A stretch of 64,000 nucleotides of DNA, taken from Chitinophagales bacterium. GTDB lineage: Bacteria > Bacteroidota > Bacteroidia > Chitinophagales > LD1. The notes under the pieces were generated by a model that ran no database searches, was not told where the DNA came from, and saw nothing but the letters and a program-made list of their open reading frames with translations. The position numbers and the translations under genes were made by a program. Location of the stretch: positions 145,140 to 209,139 of the forward strand of contig JBGAHI010000008.1 of the NCBI GenBank assembly GCA_044226285.1, read 5' to 3'. Position 1 is the first letter of the stretch. Every line of letters begins with the position of its first letter. Positions 10,020 through 19,530 of this stretch are shown here, piece by piece.

Positions 10020-10646
10020 ATGGACTTAAAAGATCAACGCAAAGTATACGAGAAATTCGAGTTGCATGAAGAAAGTGTGAAACACAATCCTTTCGATCAG
10101 TTTAAGAATTGGTTTGTGGACACCAAAAATTCCGAAATTTTAGAAGCCAATGCGATGACCTTGGCTACAGCCAGCAAAGACGGAAAACCTTCTGCCCGTA
10201 TTGTTTTATTGAAAGAAGTTACGGAAACCGGCTTTGTTTTTTTCACGAATTACAACAGCCAAAAAGGAATGGATTTAACTGAAAACCCACAAGCAGAGAT
10301 TCTGTTTTTTTGGGATGCATTGGAACGTCAAGTGCGTATTGGCGGTAATGTGAGAAAAATCAGCCAAGATGAGAGTAGAGCTTACTTTGATACTCGTCCG
10401 CCTGAAAGTAGAGCAGGTGCAATAGCTTCACCACAAAGTCAAAAGATTGAAAGCCGTGCTGTGATTGAAGAAAAGATAAAAACAGTTTTAGCCGAGAATA
10501 CACTTGATATGCCCGAACATTGGGGCGGCTACATTTTAGAACCGAATTATTTTGAGTTTTGGCAAGGCCGTCATTCGCGATTGCACGATAGAATTATTTA
10601 TGAGTTGATGGAAGGAACTTGGAAAGTAGGACGATTAGCGCCTTAA
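10020..10646 (+). CDS. pdxH: Pyridoxamine 5'-phosphate oxidase
   Basis: 208 aa. Motifs PSARIVLLKE...GFVFFTNYNSQKG, EFWQGRHSRLHDR and a C-terminal ...RLAP. Confidence 0.9.
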   Translation: MDLKDQRKVYEKFELHEESVKHNPFDQFKNWFVDTKNSEILEANAMTLATASKDGKPSARIVLLKEVTETGFVFFTNYNSQKGMDLTENPQAEILFFWDALERQVRIGGNVRKISQDESRAYFDTRPPESRAGAIASPQSQKIESRAVIEEKIKTVLAENTLDMPEHWGGYILEPNYFEFWQGRHSRLHDRIIYELMEGTWKVGRLAP

Positions 10647-10650
10647 TCTT

Positions 10651-12510
10651 TTACTCAACAGCCACTTGCCTGCTTAAGTTGGTTCCGTTTTCCCCTTTCA
10701 CTTTCAGCCAATAATTCCCTTGCGGTAAATCTTCTGTATTGATGGAAAATTCATTTACGCCTTTATACCCTTTAGATTCAAGGAGCATAGACACTAGTCT
10801 TCCGCTTTGATCCAACAAAGAAAAACTCAACTTTTCGTTTTCTACCAATGTAAATTTAGTAACGAATCGTTTTTGCTGCACCGGATTCGGGTAAAGCTCC
10901 ATCGAATTTTGCTTTTGAAAGGCATTAATTAATGTAGTAGGATCATTCACATCAATCTTCGCTATCCACGTTTTCATTTTACGTGTTTGTCCGAATGAAC
11001 CGGCTAAAACCGCCTGATGCTGTGTGTTGTATACTCGCTGAACGTTGGTATAGTCGCCCCATCGCTCTATAGAATCGGTGAAATTATCGATAATGGAAAG
11101 TCCACTCTTTACCTCCACGATGTCTGAAAAATCGCCATTGGCATCCTTATACAACATACTCGTACCGGGAAAACTATCGGTGATACAATGCGAAAAAGTA
11201 TACAACACTTTATGATCGGTAGGCACATTCCCCATGTAGGTTACAGATGGATAGCCATACTCAGTTGTTGCAGAAGAAAACAAAGCTGCAGATACTGTTG
11301 GCGTTGCACTACTTACATTTTTTATTGTTCCCAAGAAAACGGCAGCATTAATGTAGGAAGGATTAATGGTATTGGAGCCAAAATGAATATAATCGTTTTC
11401 ATAAATAGCCGCTAATACTCGTGCATCGTTGGTCATCAACTGCTGCGTAATACCACCTGCATTCTTTCCTTGTAAAGCATTGGGCGGAAAGCCATATGGT
11501 TTAGGCGACTTCAACACACGAGTTATAAGCTGTGCAGCACCCGATGCATGCGAGTTGTCTATTTCTAAAAGAAAAATAGAATCATTCGAAGCATCGACAT
11601 TTCGCACCGATAAGAAATACATATTATCGGCTTGAGTAGTTGTATGTTGTTTAGCCGGACAAATATTTCGCAAATTTCGTCCATCTGTTTTGATGTCGCT
11701 CCAAAGCGTGTACTGCAACGTATCGCCATCGTACCCTCGCTGTTTATCAATTTGCCAAATTACAGATTGTTTGAAGCCAACCGTCCAACTCACATTGTCC
11801 CTCACTTGATTAAAGGTGATAAATAAATCGCTTCCGGATACAGCTATAATCGGATAATCGCTCCATGTAGAATCCTTAAATGAATTGCCATTCAATTTGT
11901 AGAAATTCCATGCACCGGCCGGATCATTTGTTTGCGAAAAGCCAACTAGAATGGTAGATTCAGTACTCAATGAACCGGAAAAACAAACAAACACAAAACG
12001 ATCTTTTGCCGGATCATACAACACTCTTGGGTCAGACGTTTTTGTAAAAGAACCTAATTGAGAAGTAAGTTGGGTAAGTGATCGAGTAAGCAATAACACC
12101 CCTGAATCAGAATACACACGCACATTTGTATTAACCGCACTTAATATTTTCCCGCTATCGGAAACGGCAATATCATTATCACTTGGCGCTCCGTTGGCAA
12201 CGTTTCCTTCGAAGCTGAACACCACTTGCGGATTTACGGCTACATTGGCTCTTGCACTTTTTTTTTGAGGGTTACTCGTTGCATTTCGCTGTTCCATCCG
12301 CTGACGATGTAGCATTTCTTTCTTATCGCCATACTCAGAACTAGGAATAACTTGTTTATCGATAGGGAGAAGTGCAGGATCAAAATCCTTTTTACTCGTA
12401 TCGGAAAAGTTTACCACTTGAGGTGGTGCAAATGAACCTTGCGTTTTGGTTTGTGCAAAACCTACACAGGCAATCATCACCATTGCTATAGAGAAAACAT
12501 ATTTTTTCAT
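10651..12510 (-). CDS. Secreted protein with T9SS type A C-terminal sorting domain; function unknown
   Basis: 619 aa with an N-terminal signal peptide. The last ~80 aa (LYPNPVQQKRFVTKF...GNYWLKVKGENGT) match the Por secretion-tail pattern. Confidence 0.7.
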   Translation of the reverse strand: MKKYVFSIAMVMIACVGFAQTKTQGSFAPPQVVNFSDTSKKDFDPALLPIDKQVIPSSEYGDKKEMLHRQRMEQRNATSNPQKKSARANVAVNPQVVFSFEGNVANGAPSDNDIAVSDSGKILSAVNTNVRVYSDSGVLLLTRSLTQLTSQLGSFTKTSDPRVLYDPAKDRFVFVCFSGSLSTESTILVGFSQTNDPAGAWNFYKLNGNSFKDSTWSDYPIIAVSGSDLFITFNQVRDNVSWTVGFKQSVIWQIDKQRGYDGDTLQYTLWSDIKTDGRNLRNICPAKQHTTTQADNMYFLSVRNVDASNDSIFLLEIDNSHASGAAQLITRVLKSPKPYGFPPNALQGKNAGGITQQLMTNDARVLAAIYENDYIHFGSNTINPSYINAAVFLGTIKNVSSATPTVSAALFSSATTEYGYPSVTYMGNVPTDHKVLYTFSHCITDSFPGTSMLYKDANGDFSDIVEVKSGLSIIDNFTDSIERWGDYTNVQRVYNTQHQAVLAGSFGQTRKMKTWIAKIDVNDPTTLINAFQKQNSMELYPNPVQQKRFVTKFTLVENEKLSFSLLDQSGRLVSMLLESKGYKGVNEFSINTEDLPQGNYWLKVKGENGTNLSRQVAVE

Positions 12511-12526
12511 TACACTCTTTTTAATA

Positions 12527-12760
12527 TTATTTACAAGAACCTATAGTGTATTGTGTAATAGAAGCACAAGCAGCCTCACTTGGATTGCCATATGCTTTAC
12601 CATCACAACCACAAACGGGGTAGTATTCCTTAGTAGAGAAACAACCCTCAATAGCTTTTGCTTGGCAGGATTTTTTGGTGCATGATTGCATTCCCAATAA
12701 AGAGAAAAACACAATTACTCCATAAATCCAAACCCCTGTTTTTTGTTTGATGTTCATCAT
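12527..12760 (-). CDS. Kazal-type serine protease inhibitor domain lipoprotein
   Basis: I chose the internal ATG at 12760 (MMNIKQK...). Signal/lipobox is LLGMQSC. Kazal signature is YPVCGCDGKAYGNPSEAAC...C. It ends 16 nt upstream of the T9SS protein gene. Confidence 0.6.
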   Translation of the reverse strand: MMNIKQKTGVWIYGVIVFFSLLGMQSCTKKSCQAKAIEGCFSTKEYYPVCGCDGKAYGNPSEAACASITQYTIGSCK

Positions 12761-12786
12761 ATCGAAGTTACTAAATTTAGCGGAAT

Positions 12787-13191
12787 TCAATCGCCACACG
12801 AAGCCACCACTTTCAATTCAATAGCAATTGGCGAGGGTAATGAAACCACTTCGATTGTTGTTCTTGTTGGTTGAATTTCTTTAAAATACTCGGCATACAA
12901 ACGATTGTAGGTATGAAAGTCGCGTTTCATATTCGTTAGAAAAACAGTTACATCCACCATTTTATCCCAACTACTCCCGGCTTCTTCTAATGCAGTTTTC
13001 ACATTCTTAAAAACAGAATGCACTTGTGCTTCAAAATCAAACTCGATGTAATTTCCATACTTATCGAGCTTCAAACCTGGTATATTATCGGTGCCTGCTT
13101 CGCGCGGACCAATGCCGCTCACAAACAAAATAGAACCCACTTTTCTGGTCATCGGATACAAGCCCATTGGTTTCGGTAAATTTTCACTCAT
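12787..13191 (-). CDS. RidA/YjgF/TdcF-family reactive-intermediate deaminase
   Basis: I chose the internal ATG at 13191 (MSENLPKPMG...). The longer ORF to 13335 would overlap the ALDH gene. Family pattern: ILFVSGIGPRE...VTVFLTNM...PTRTTIEV. Confidence 0.8.
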   Translation of the reverse strand: MSENLPKPMGLYPMTRKVGSILFVSGIGPREAGTDNIPGLKLDKYGNYIEFDFEAQVHSVFKNVKTALEEAGSSWDKMVDVTVFLTNMKRDFHTYNRLYAEYFKEIQPTRTTIEVVSLPSPIAIELKVVASCGD

Positions 13192-13211
13192 ATTGCTAAT
13201 TGATAAATCGA

Positions 13212-14651
13212 CTAATATTTTACAAATACATTTTTCGCATCCGTGAAGAAACGCATGGCTTCCCAACCACCTTCTCGCCCTACACCTGAGCTTTTCACAC
13301 CCCCAAAAGGGGTACGTAAATCGCGCACCATCCACGAGTTAATCCAAACAATACCGCATTCTAATTTATCTGCCACACGATGCGCACGCTTAATATCGTT
13401 CGTCCACACCGAAGCTGCCAAGCCGTATTGTACAGAGTTTGCCATTTGCAGCACTTCTTCTTCTGAAGAGAAAGGCGTAATCGTTACCACCGGACCAAAA
13501 ATTTCTTCTTGATTCGTGCGGCAATTAAAGGCTAACCCTTCAATAACAGTAGGGGCTATAAAGTAACCATCGGCACATCGCCCGGGTACATTTACCTTTT
13601 CTCCTCCACATAAAACACTTCCACCTTCTTCCTTTGCCAATGCAATATAACTCAACACTTTTTCTTCGTGTTGTTTCGAAACAACCGCTCCTACCTTGCT
13701 CTCCGCTTCATTCGGGTCGCCCACTTTCAACTCGCGCACTTTTGCAACAAACTTTTCTTTGAATGTGGCATAAATACGTTCGTGAATAAACATGCGTGAA
13801 CCACACAAACAAATTTGGCCTTGATTGCTGAAAGAGGATAATACAGAGGTGTTCACCGCATCATCAATATCCGCATCGTCAAAAATGATATTTGGATTTT
13901 TACCTCCCAGTTCCAACGATATTTTCTTAAACATAGGTGCAGCCGTTCGCGCAATATCTTCACCGGCTCGGGTACTTCCTGTAAACGAAATAGCTTTCAC
14001 GCGTGGGTGTGCTACAATTTCCTTTCCTGTATCTACCCCACCATGAACGATATTCAATACCCCTTTCGGCAAACCAATTTCCACACATACTTTTGAGAGT
14101 AAAAAAGCGGTATATGGTGTTACATCAGAAGGCTTGGCTACCACGCAGTTCCCGGCTGCCAAAGCGGGTGCTATTTTCCAAGTAAACAAATACAATGGCA
14201 AGTTCCATGGCGAAATACAACCCACGACCCCTAATGGTTTTCGAATGGTGTAGTTAATGCCTGCATTTGGTGTATAGTGCGATTCCGAAGCAAAGTGTTG
14301 TGCGGCTCCAGCAAAAAACTGAAAATTAGAAATGGAACGTGGAATATCAACACGTGCCGCAAGGGAAACAGGTTTACCGTTATCCATAGATTCTGCTTGC
14401 ACAAATTCATCAAAATGTTCTTCTATACCACTGGCAATTTTCAATAACCATTGACAGCGTTCGTCTAATGCTAATCCTGCCCATTTTTCAAATGCAACAT
14501 CAGCCGCATGAATGGCCTTTTCCAAATCAGCGCTTTTACTTAATGGTACTGTTGTATATGGCTTTCCGGTTGCCGGCTGAACAACTTCGAATTGATTTTG
14601 TTCTATTGCCTCAACAAGTTGTCCGTTAATATAATTGAGAATTTTTTCCAT
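13212..14651 (-). CDS. Aldehyde dehydrogenase (resembles 2-hydroxymuconic/2-aminomuconic semialdehyde dehydrogenases)
   Basis: 479 aa. Motifs ISPWNLPLYL, ELGGKNP, GQICLCGSRMFIHE and EEIFGPV. Substrate class is inferred only from the adjacent RidA-like gene. Confidence 0.8.
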   Translation of the reverse strand: MEKILNYINGQLVEAIEQNQFEVVQPATGKPYTTVPLSKSADLEKAIHAADVAFEKWAGLALDERCQWLLKIASGIEEHFDEFVQAESMDNGKPVSLAARVDIPRSISNFQFFAGAAQHFASESHYTPNAGINYTIRKPLGVVGCISPWNLPLYLFTWKIAPALAAGNCVVAKPSDVTPYTAFLLSKVCVEIGLPKGVLNIVHGGVDTGKEIVAHPRVKAISFTGSTRAGEDIARTAAPMFKKISLELGGKNPNIIFDDADIDDAVNTSVLSSFSNQGQICLCGSRMFIHERIYATFKEKFVAKVRELKVGDPNEAESKVGAVVSKQHEEKVLSYIALAKEEGGSVLCGGEKVNVPGRCADGYFIAPTVIEGLAFNCRTNQEEIFGPVVTITPFSSEEEVLQMANSVQYGLAASVWTNDIKRAHRVADKLECGIVWINSWMVRDLRTPFGGVKSSGVGREGGWEAMRFFTDAKNVFVKY

Positions 14652-14670
14652 AATATATGTGCAAGATAAC

Positions 14671-14678
14671 TAAGTTTG
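14671..14678 (+). promoter_or_regulatory. Candidate Bacteroidota sigma-A -7 box (TAAGTTTG)
   Basis: Exact match to TAnnTTTG, 44 nt upstream of the thioredoxin start. Confidence 0.35.
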
Positions 14679-14721
14679 TTTTCTAAATAATTAATCGTAA
14701 TCAAAAAATAAATAAGATAAA

Positions 14722-15039
14722 ATGGCCGTAATACTTTCTACCGACAGTGATTTTAAAACCCTCATTAACAGCAACGATAAAGTTATTGTGAAGTACTTTG
14801 CCGATTGGTGTGGCTCTTGCAAACTTTTCGGTCCAAAATTCAAACGACTATCGAATGATGAGCGCTTTACCGGAGTTACTTTTATTGAAGTAGATGCCGA
14901 AAAAAATGAAGAAGCTCGCAAAATGGCAGGAGTAAATAACCTTCCGTTTATGGCTACGTTTAAAAATGGACAATTAGTGAAAGGAGAAGCCACCTCATTG
15001 GAAGACGTTGTAGTAAAATTGATTGAAGAAATTAAATAA
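14722..15039 (+). CDS. Thioredoxin (variant active site WCGSC)
   Basis: 105 aa. Contains ...VIVKYFADWCGSCKLFGP... and the thioredoxin fold pattern. Confidence 0.85.
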   Translation: MAVILSTDSDFKTLINSNDKVIVKYFADWCGSCKLFGPKFKRLSNDERFTGVTFIEVDAEKNEEARKMAGVNNLPFMATFKNGQLVKGEATSLEDVVVKLIEEIK

Positions 15040-15046
15040 GAAAATT

Positions 15047-15289
15047 ATGCAATTAGCTGTAATCAAACATTTATCGGAAACCTATTCCTTGGAACTTTTA
15101 AAGAAAGCCGAAGAAGCGCTTTATGAAGAACAATCGCCTGAGATCATTGTAGAAGGGAAAGACGAAGGCGAACGATTGACACACGTGTTAGCTGCCATCA
15201 ATATTTTGGAAGATATGGCTACCAATGGAGTTGACCATAGAACGGCTCTCAGGAACTATACACAAAGGGTTAGAAATTCTATTTCTTAA
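15047..15289 (+). CDS. Small acidic hypothetical protein
   Basis: 80 aa from ATG 15047, 7 nt after the trx stop. No recognisable motif. Confidence 0.4.
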   Translation: MQLAVIKHLSETYSLELLKKAEEALYEEQSPEIIVEGKDEGERLTHVLAAINILEDMATNGVDHRTALRNYTQRVRNSIS

Positions 15290-15294
15290 TCTTT

Positions 15295-15350
15295 CCTTCC
15301 ATAACTAAAAAAGGCTTCGCAATTGCGAAGCCTTTTTTAGTTATGGAAGG
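15295..15350. terminator. Bidirectional terminator: 56-nt perfect palindrome
   Basis: CCTTCCATAACTAAAAAAGGCTTCGCAATTGCGAAGCCTTTTTTAGTTATGGAAGG equals its own reverse complement. A GC core stem is flanked by A6/T6 and fills the gap between convergent genes. Confidence 0.8.
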
Positions 15351-15353
15351 TTC

Positions 15354-17303
15354 TTATTTATTTGAACCTGCCTTTAAGCCCGGATGTGGTGCAGGAGGAT
15401 TGCTTTCTCCTGTTTCGCCATCAGCAGCATATTTAAATTCTACTTTACGAGAACGTTTAATCTCTAAAGGTGTTGCATTTTTAGCTTTCGTTCCACCTTC
15501 GTATTTAACGATAAATCGATCGCGAGATACACCGTATTTCTCTACTAAGTAATCGATTACTCCTGAAGAGCGGTTATACGCCAATTGCTCGTTGTATTTT
15601 CTGTCGTTTTTAGACTCATCTTTACCTGTTACCACTAATCTTACATCAGGGCACATTTGTAAACGCTCGGCAATAGTATGTAATGTACCTTCGTTGTTTG
15701 GATCTAAATAGTATTTATCATCATCAAAATAGATACTAGGCAATTCCATTTTAGAACAATCGTATGCTCCTTTTCCTGAACCATTACCTCCGCCTTTTCC
15801 GGCTTCTTGGCAACATGCAGGAGGTGGCACTTGAGCAACTCCGAATTTATCGATAGGATATCCCGGAGGAGAAAACGGCTCTTTATCTTCACAATCTACA
15901 ATACCGTCTTTATCGCTATCTAACATTACCCCTTTTGCATCAACCGGACAATCTTTTTTACTTGCCGGCTCTTTATCTAAACGATTTGGAACACCATCCT
16001 CATCATCATCTTTATTTAAGTCATTAGCGATTTTTTCAGGATCCATATCGCTAATTTTCTTGTATGTATAATCCATAGGATTTAACCAATACAAAGGTTC
16101 AGTACGTTTTTTAGACCCAACAAAGAAGCCTAATTTAATACTTGTGTATGAAATATTATCATAGTCACGAGTCATTCCATTGTGTTCATCTTGTTGCCAT
16201 CTGTAACCATCAAGTACATCGTTAGAAGTTAACGTTACTCGTTCTTCTATACCAATAGACATAAAGTTTGTAGGTCGGAAGCTAATCCCGCCACCAACGG
16301 TAAATGCAGGAATAAACGTCCAAAACTTAATTCCCGGTAAATTAGCATCGTTATCTGCTTGTGTCTCATATTTTCCATCTAAGGTTCGTTTTAATGAAGC
16401 AAAAACTGATTTACGAACATTCTTGTCGTTATTTACATAAGGGCTTGATTTCCCCTTTATCCAAATATCTTGAATTTCAGAAAAATCATAAACTTCACCA
16501 TTCTTATCTAATGCATCATATTTTGTATTGAATAAGAATCCACTAACACCTGCCAAAGCATATATGTTCCATCGTGTTCGTTCTCTATGGAAAAGCAAAT
16601 TCCCTAAATTAACAACCCCTTCCAATGAAAGTTGATGAACTAATGTGCGATAATTGTACACCCACATTCTGTTCAAATCATAGCCAAGTTTTGTGCGATC
16701 CGCTTTCAACTTTGGATTATCGTAATAATTAGGACCAACAGAATCAAGGAAAGCGGTAAAATTTGTGTTTGGGGACGGATTCAGTGCTCTATTAAACTGT
16801 AAGTTATTGTCGCGCTCCCAATTTCTACCAGTCATTAACTGGAAATTATATCCCAAACGTAGAGAAAAAATATACCCTAACGATTTTCGTACTTCGATAC
16901 CAACACCAAAATTTTGCTCCGGATGTTGCCAATAGGGTTTAACGTCTCCACTTATCATAGCCATACCAAAATTCAATCCTAACTCCCACTTATCGCGTGG
17001 TTTAGCAGGATAATGATATTGTTTAGCCAAGTATGCTTTCTGCTGTGCTTCTTTTTTCTTATTTCCCTTTTGGAAAGGCATAGAGTCTGTATCATACCTT
17101 GGTTGTAACGGTTGACTGATTTTTTTTCGCTCGTAGTAATTATACGTCTTAGACTCTTTATCAGAATTAAAGAATTGGTCTTGGTTTTGATATTTCAGCT
17201 TATCCCCTCCCTTATCTTGGGCAAAACCAATGAGAGGAACTAAAAACAGGGTGAGTACGAATAAAGTAAGTGTTTGTTTCATAAATGAAATATATAGTGA
17301 CAA
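15354..17303 (-). CDS. OmpA-family outer-membrane protein with N-terminal beta-barrel-like region and Asp-rich (TSP3-like) linker
   Basis: 649 aa with a signal peptide. Asp-rich DDDEDGVPN...DSDKDGIVDCEDKEP. The C-terminal OmpA/peptidoglycan-binding domain reads ...VVTGKDESKNDRKYNEQLAYNRSSGVIDYLV. Confidence 0.8.
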   Translation of the reverse strand: MSLYISFMKQTLTLFVLTLFLVPLIGFAQDKGGDKLKYQNQDQFFNSDKESKTYNYYERKKISQPLQPRYDTDSMPFQKGNKKKEAQQKAYLAKQYHYPAKPRDKWELGLNFGMAMISGDVKPYWQHPEQNFGVGIEVRKSLGYIFSLRLGYNFQLMTGRNWERDNNLQFNRALNPSPNTNFTAFLDSVGPNYYDNPKLKADRTKLGYDLNRMWVYNYRTLVHQLSLEGVVNLGNLLFHRERTRWNIYALAGVSGFLFNTKYDALDKNGEVYDFSEIQDIWIKGKSSPYVNNDKNVRKSVFASLKRTLDGKYETQADNDANLPGIKFWTFIPAFTVGGGISFRPTNFMSIGIEERVTLTSNDVLDGYRWQQDEHNGMTRDYDNISYTSIKLGFFVGSKKRTEPLYWLNPMDYTYKKISDMDPEKIANDLNKDDDEDGVPNRLDKEPASKKDCPVDAKGVMLDSDKDGIVDCEDKEPFSPPGYPIDKFGVAQVPPPACCQEAGKGGGNGSGKGAYDCSKMELPSIYFDDDKYYLDPNNEGTLHTIAERLQMCPDVRLVVTGKDESKNDRKYNEQLAYNRSSGVIDYLVEKYGVSRDRFIVKYEGGTKAKNATPLEIKRSRKVEFKYAADGETGESNPPAPHPGLKAGSNK

Positions 17304-17393
17304 ATTTAAGATAATTAATCAAAGTTCAAACTAACGTTTTTCAGTCGATAGTCCCACTATCCACATTTGACGAGGAAATATCAAATGCTTTTT

Positions 17394-17401
17394 TAGCTTT
17401 G
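17394..17401 (+). promoter_or_regulatory. Candidate -7 box (TAGCTTTG) for typA
   Basis: TAnnTTTG match 17 nt upstream of the typA ATG. A TTTG at 17366-17369 could be the -33 element. Confidence 0.4.
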
Positions 17402-17417
17402 CACCCTTAAATTTGTT

Positions 17418-19211
17418 ATGGAAAAAAGAAATATTGCAATTATTGCTCACGTTGACCACGGAAAGACCACTCTTGTAGACAAAATACTTCACCATTGTTC
17501 ATTATTCAGAGAAAACCAACAAACAGGAGAGTTGATTTTGGATAATAACGACTTAGAAAGAGAACGTGGAATCACGATTTTGGCGAAAAACGTATCTGTT
17601 GAGTATAAAGGAGTTAAGATTAATATTATTGATACTCCGGGACACGCTGACTTCGGAGGAGAAGTTGAACGTGTATTGAACATGGCTGATGGCGTTTTGT
17701 TATTAGTTGATGCTTTTGAAGGGCCAATGCCGCAAACACGTTATGTACTTTCTAAAGCTATTGCTTTGAAGAAAAAGCCAATTGTGGTAATCAATAAGGT
17801 AGACAAAGAGAACTGTAGACCTGATGAAGTGCATGAACATGTGTTCGATTTAATGTTCAACTTAGATGCCACTGAAGATCAATTAGATTTCCCTACAGTA
17901 TATGGTGCAGCGAAAAAAGGTTGGATGGGACCGGATTGGAAAACACCAACTGAAGATGTAGATTACTTACTACAAACTATCTTGAAGTATATTCCAGCTC
18001 CACCAATTGTGGAAGGAACTATCCAAATGCAGATTACTTCATTGGACTTTTCGAGCTTTATTGGACGAATTGCCATTGGACGTGTAGCAAGAGGAACAAT
18101 TACCAACGGACAACCTATTTCGTTAGTAAAACGCGATGGTACCATCCAAAAATCAAGAATTAAAGAATTGTATGTTTTTTCTGGCTTAGGTAAAATGAAA
18201 GCAGAAAGCGTAGAATGTGGTGATATTTGTGCAGTTGTAGGAGTAGATGGCTTCGAAATCGGGGATACTATTGCCGATTTTGAAAATCCGGAGGCTTTAC
18301 CTCCAATCGCTATCGATGAACCTACCATGAGTATGGTGTTCACGGTAAACAACTCGCCTTTCTTTGGTAAAGAAGGAAAATTCGTTACTTCTCAAAAATT
18401 GAAAGAACGATTAGAGAAAGAATTAGAGAAAAACTTGGCCTTGCGTGTTCACCCAACTGATTCTGCAGATACTTTTGTCGTATTCGGACGGGGTATCCTT
18501 CACTTATCGGTTTTGATTGAAACCATGAGACGTGAAGGTTATGAGTTACAAATCGGTAACCCAAGAGTAATTACTAAAATCATTGACGGACAGAAATGTG
18601 AGCCTATAGAGGTTTTAACCATTGATGCTCCTGAAACCGTTGCCGGTAAATGTATCGAATTGATTACACAACGTAAAGGTTCCTTAACTGCTATGCAGCC
18701 TAAAGGCGATTTGATGCACGTAGAATTTGAAATTCCATCCAGAGGAATTATCGGTTTGCGAACTCAAATTTTAAATATCAGTGCCGGTGAAGCTATTATG
18801 GGACACCGTTTGAAAGGCTACGAACCTTGGAAAGGTGATATCCCTAACCGTATTGCCGGGGTATTGATTTCTATGGAAAATGGAAAATCGGTAACGTATG
18901 CAATGGACAAATTGCAAGATAGGGGTAAATTCTTCTTGGATGCCGGAGAAGATATCTATGAAGGACAAATTATCGGGGAACACATTCGCCCGGTAGATAT
19001 GTGTATCAACATCTCTAAAACTAAGCAATTAACAAACTTCCGTGCTTCAGGAACTGATGATAAATCGTCTTTGGCTCCACCAATCAAAATGAGCTTGGAA
19101 GAAACAATGGAATATATCCAGGAAGATGAATACGTAGAGGTTACACCAAAAAGTATTCGTTTGAGAAAGATATTGCTTTCCGAGAACGACAGAAAACGAG
19201 CAGCCAAGTAA
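17418..19211 (+). CDS. typA: Translational GTPase TypA/BipA
   Basis: 597 aa. Motifs [32 protein letters not shown] and NKVDK. Confidence 0.95.
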   Translation: MEKRNIAIIAHVDHGKTTLVDKILHHCSLFRENQQTGELILDNNDLERERGITILAKNVSVEYKGVKINIIDTPGHADFGGEVERVLNMADGVLLLVDAFEGPMPQTRYVLSKAIALKKKPIVVINKVDKENCRPDEVHEHVFDLMFNLDATEDQLDFPTVYGAAKKGWMGPDWKTPTEDVDYLLQTILKYIPAPPIVEGTIQMQITSLDFSSFIGRIAIGRVARGTITNGQPISLVKRDGTIQKSRIKELYVFSGLGKMKAESVECGDICAVVGVDGFEIGDTIADFENPEALPPIAIDEPTMSMVFTVNNSPFFGKEGKFVTSQKLKERLEKELEKNLALRVHPTDSADTFVVFGRGILHLSVLIETMRREGYELQIGNPRVITKIIDGQKCEPIEVLTIDAPETVAGKCIELITQRKGSLTAMQPKGDLMHVEFEIPSRGIIGLRTQILNISAGEAIMGHRLKGYEPWKGDIPNRIAGVLISMENGKSVTYAMDKLQDRGKFFLDAGEDIYEGQIIGEHIRPVDMCINISKTKQLTNFRASGTDDKSSLAPPIKMSLEETMEYIQEDEYVEVTPKSIRLRKILLSENDRKRAAK

Positions 19212-19301
19212 AATCGGCCTTGTGGATAACTATGTGCTGATTTATAATTAGATATGCAACATTTTTTGGTATTTCACGTTAACTAACTAAAATACCCGAC
19301 T

Positions 19302-19448
19302 ATGAAATCAGATAATTCAATCAACTACATCCTAGTTATCTTCTGTTTTGTACTTGTAGCATTCACCGTTGTAGGCTCCAAAATGGCCGATAACTTTTTA
19401 GCTATGCAGCAGAAAACGGAAAGCAGTTCTACCACCTCGGTAAGATAG
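19302..19448 (+). CDS. Possible 48-aa single-TM small protein
   Basis: My own translation is MKSDNSINYILVIFCFVLVAFTVVGSKMADNFLAMQQKTESSSTTSVR*. It has a hydrophobic core and is followed by a strong terminator. It falls below the ORF-track length cut-off. Confidence 0.3.
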   Translation: MKSDNSINYILVIFCFVLVAFTVVGSKMADNFLAMQQKTESSSTTSVR

Positions 19449-19475
19449 TTTTGCACAATTTACTACCAATATGAA

Positions 19476-19506
19476 AAAGGGATGATACGTATCATTCCTT
19501 TTTTTA
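19476..19506 (+). terminator. Rho-independent terminator
   Basis: Stem AAGGGATGAT / ATCATTCCTT with loop ACGT, followed by a T7 run. Confidence 0.65.
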
Positions 19507-19530
19507 ATTTCGCCCAAATCTTCCCTAAAC

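Noticed and set aside
13192-13335. N-terminal 48-aa extension of the RidA-like ORF
   Set aside because: It would overlap the ALDH gene by 124 nt and encodes Cys/Arg-rich non-homologous sequence. The internal ATG at 13191 gives a typical ~134-aa RidA.
14691-14993. 100-aa minus-strand ORF
   Set aside because: It is antisense to the thioredoxin gene, whose WCGSC motif and fold pattern are clear.
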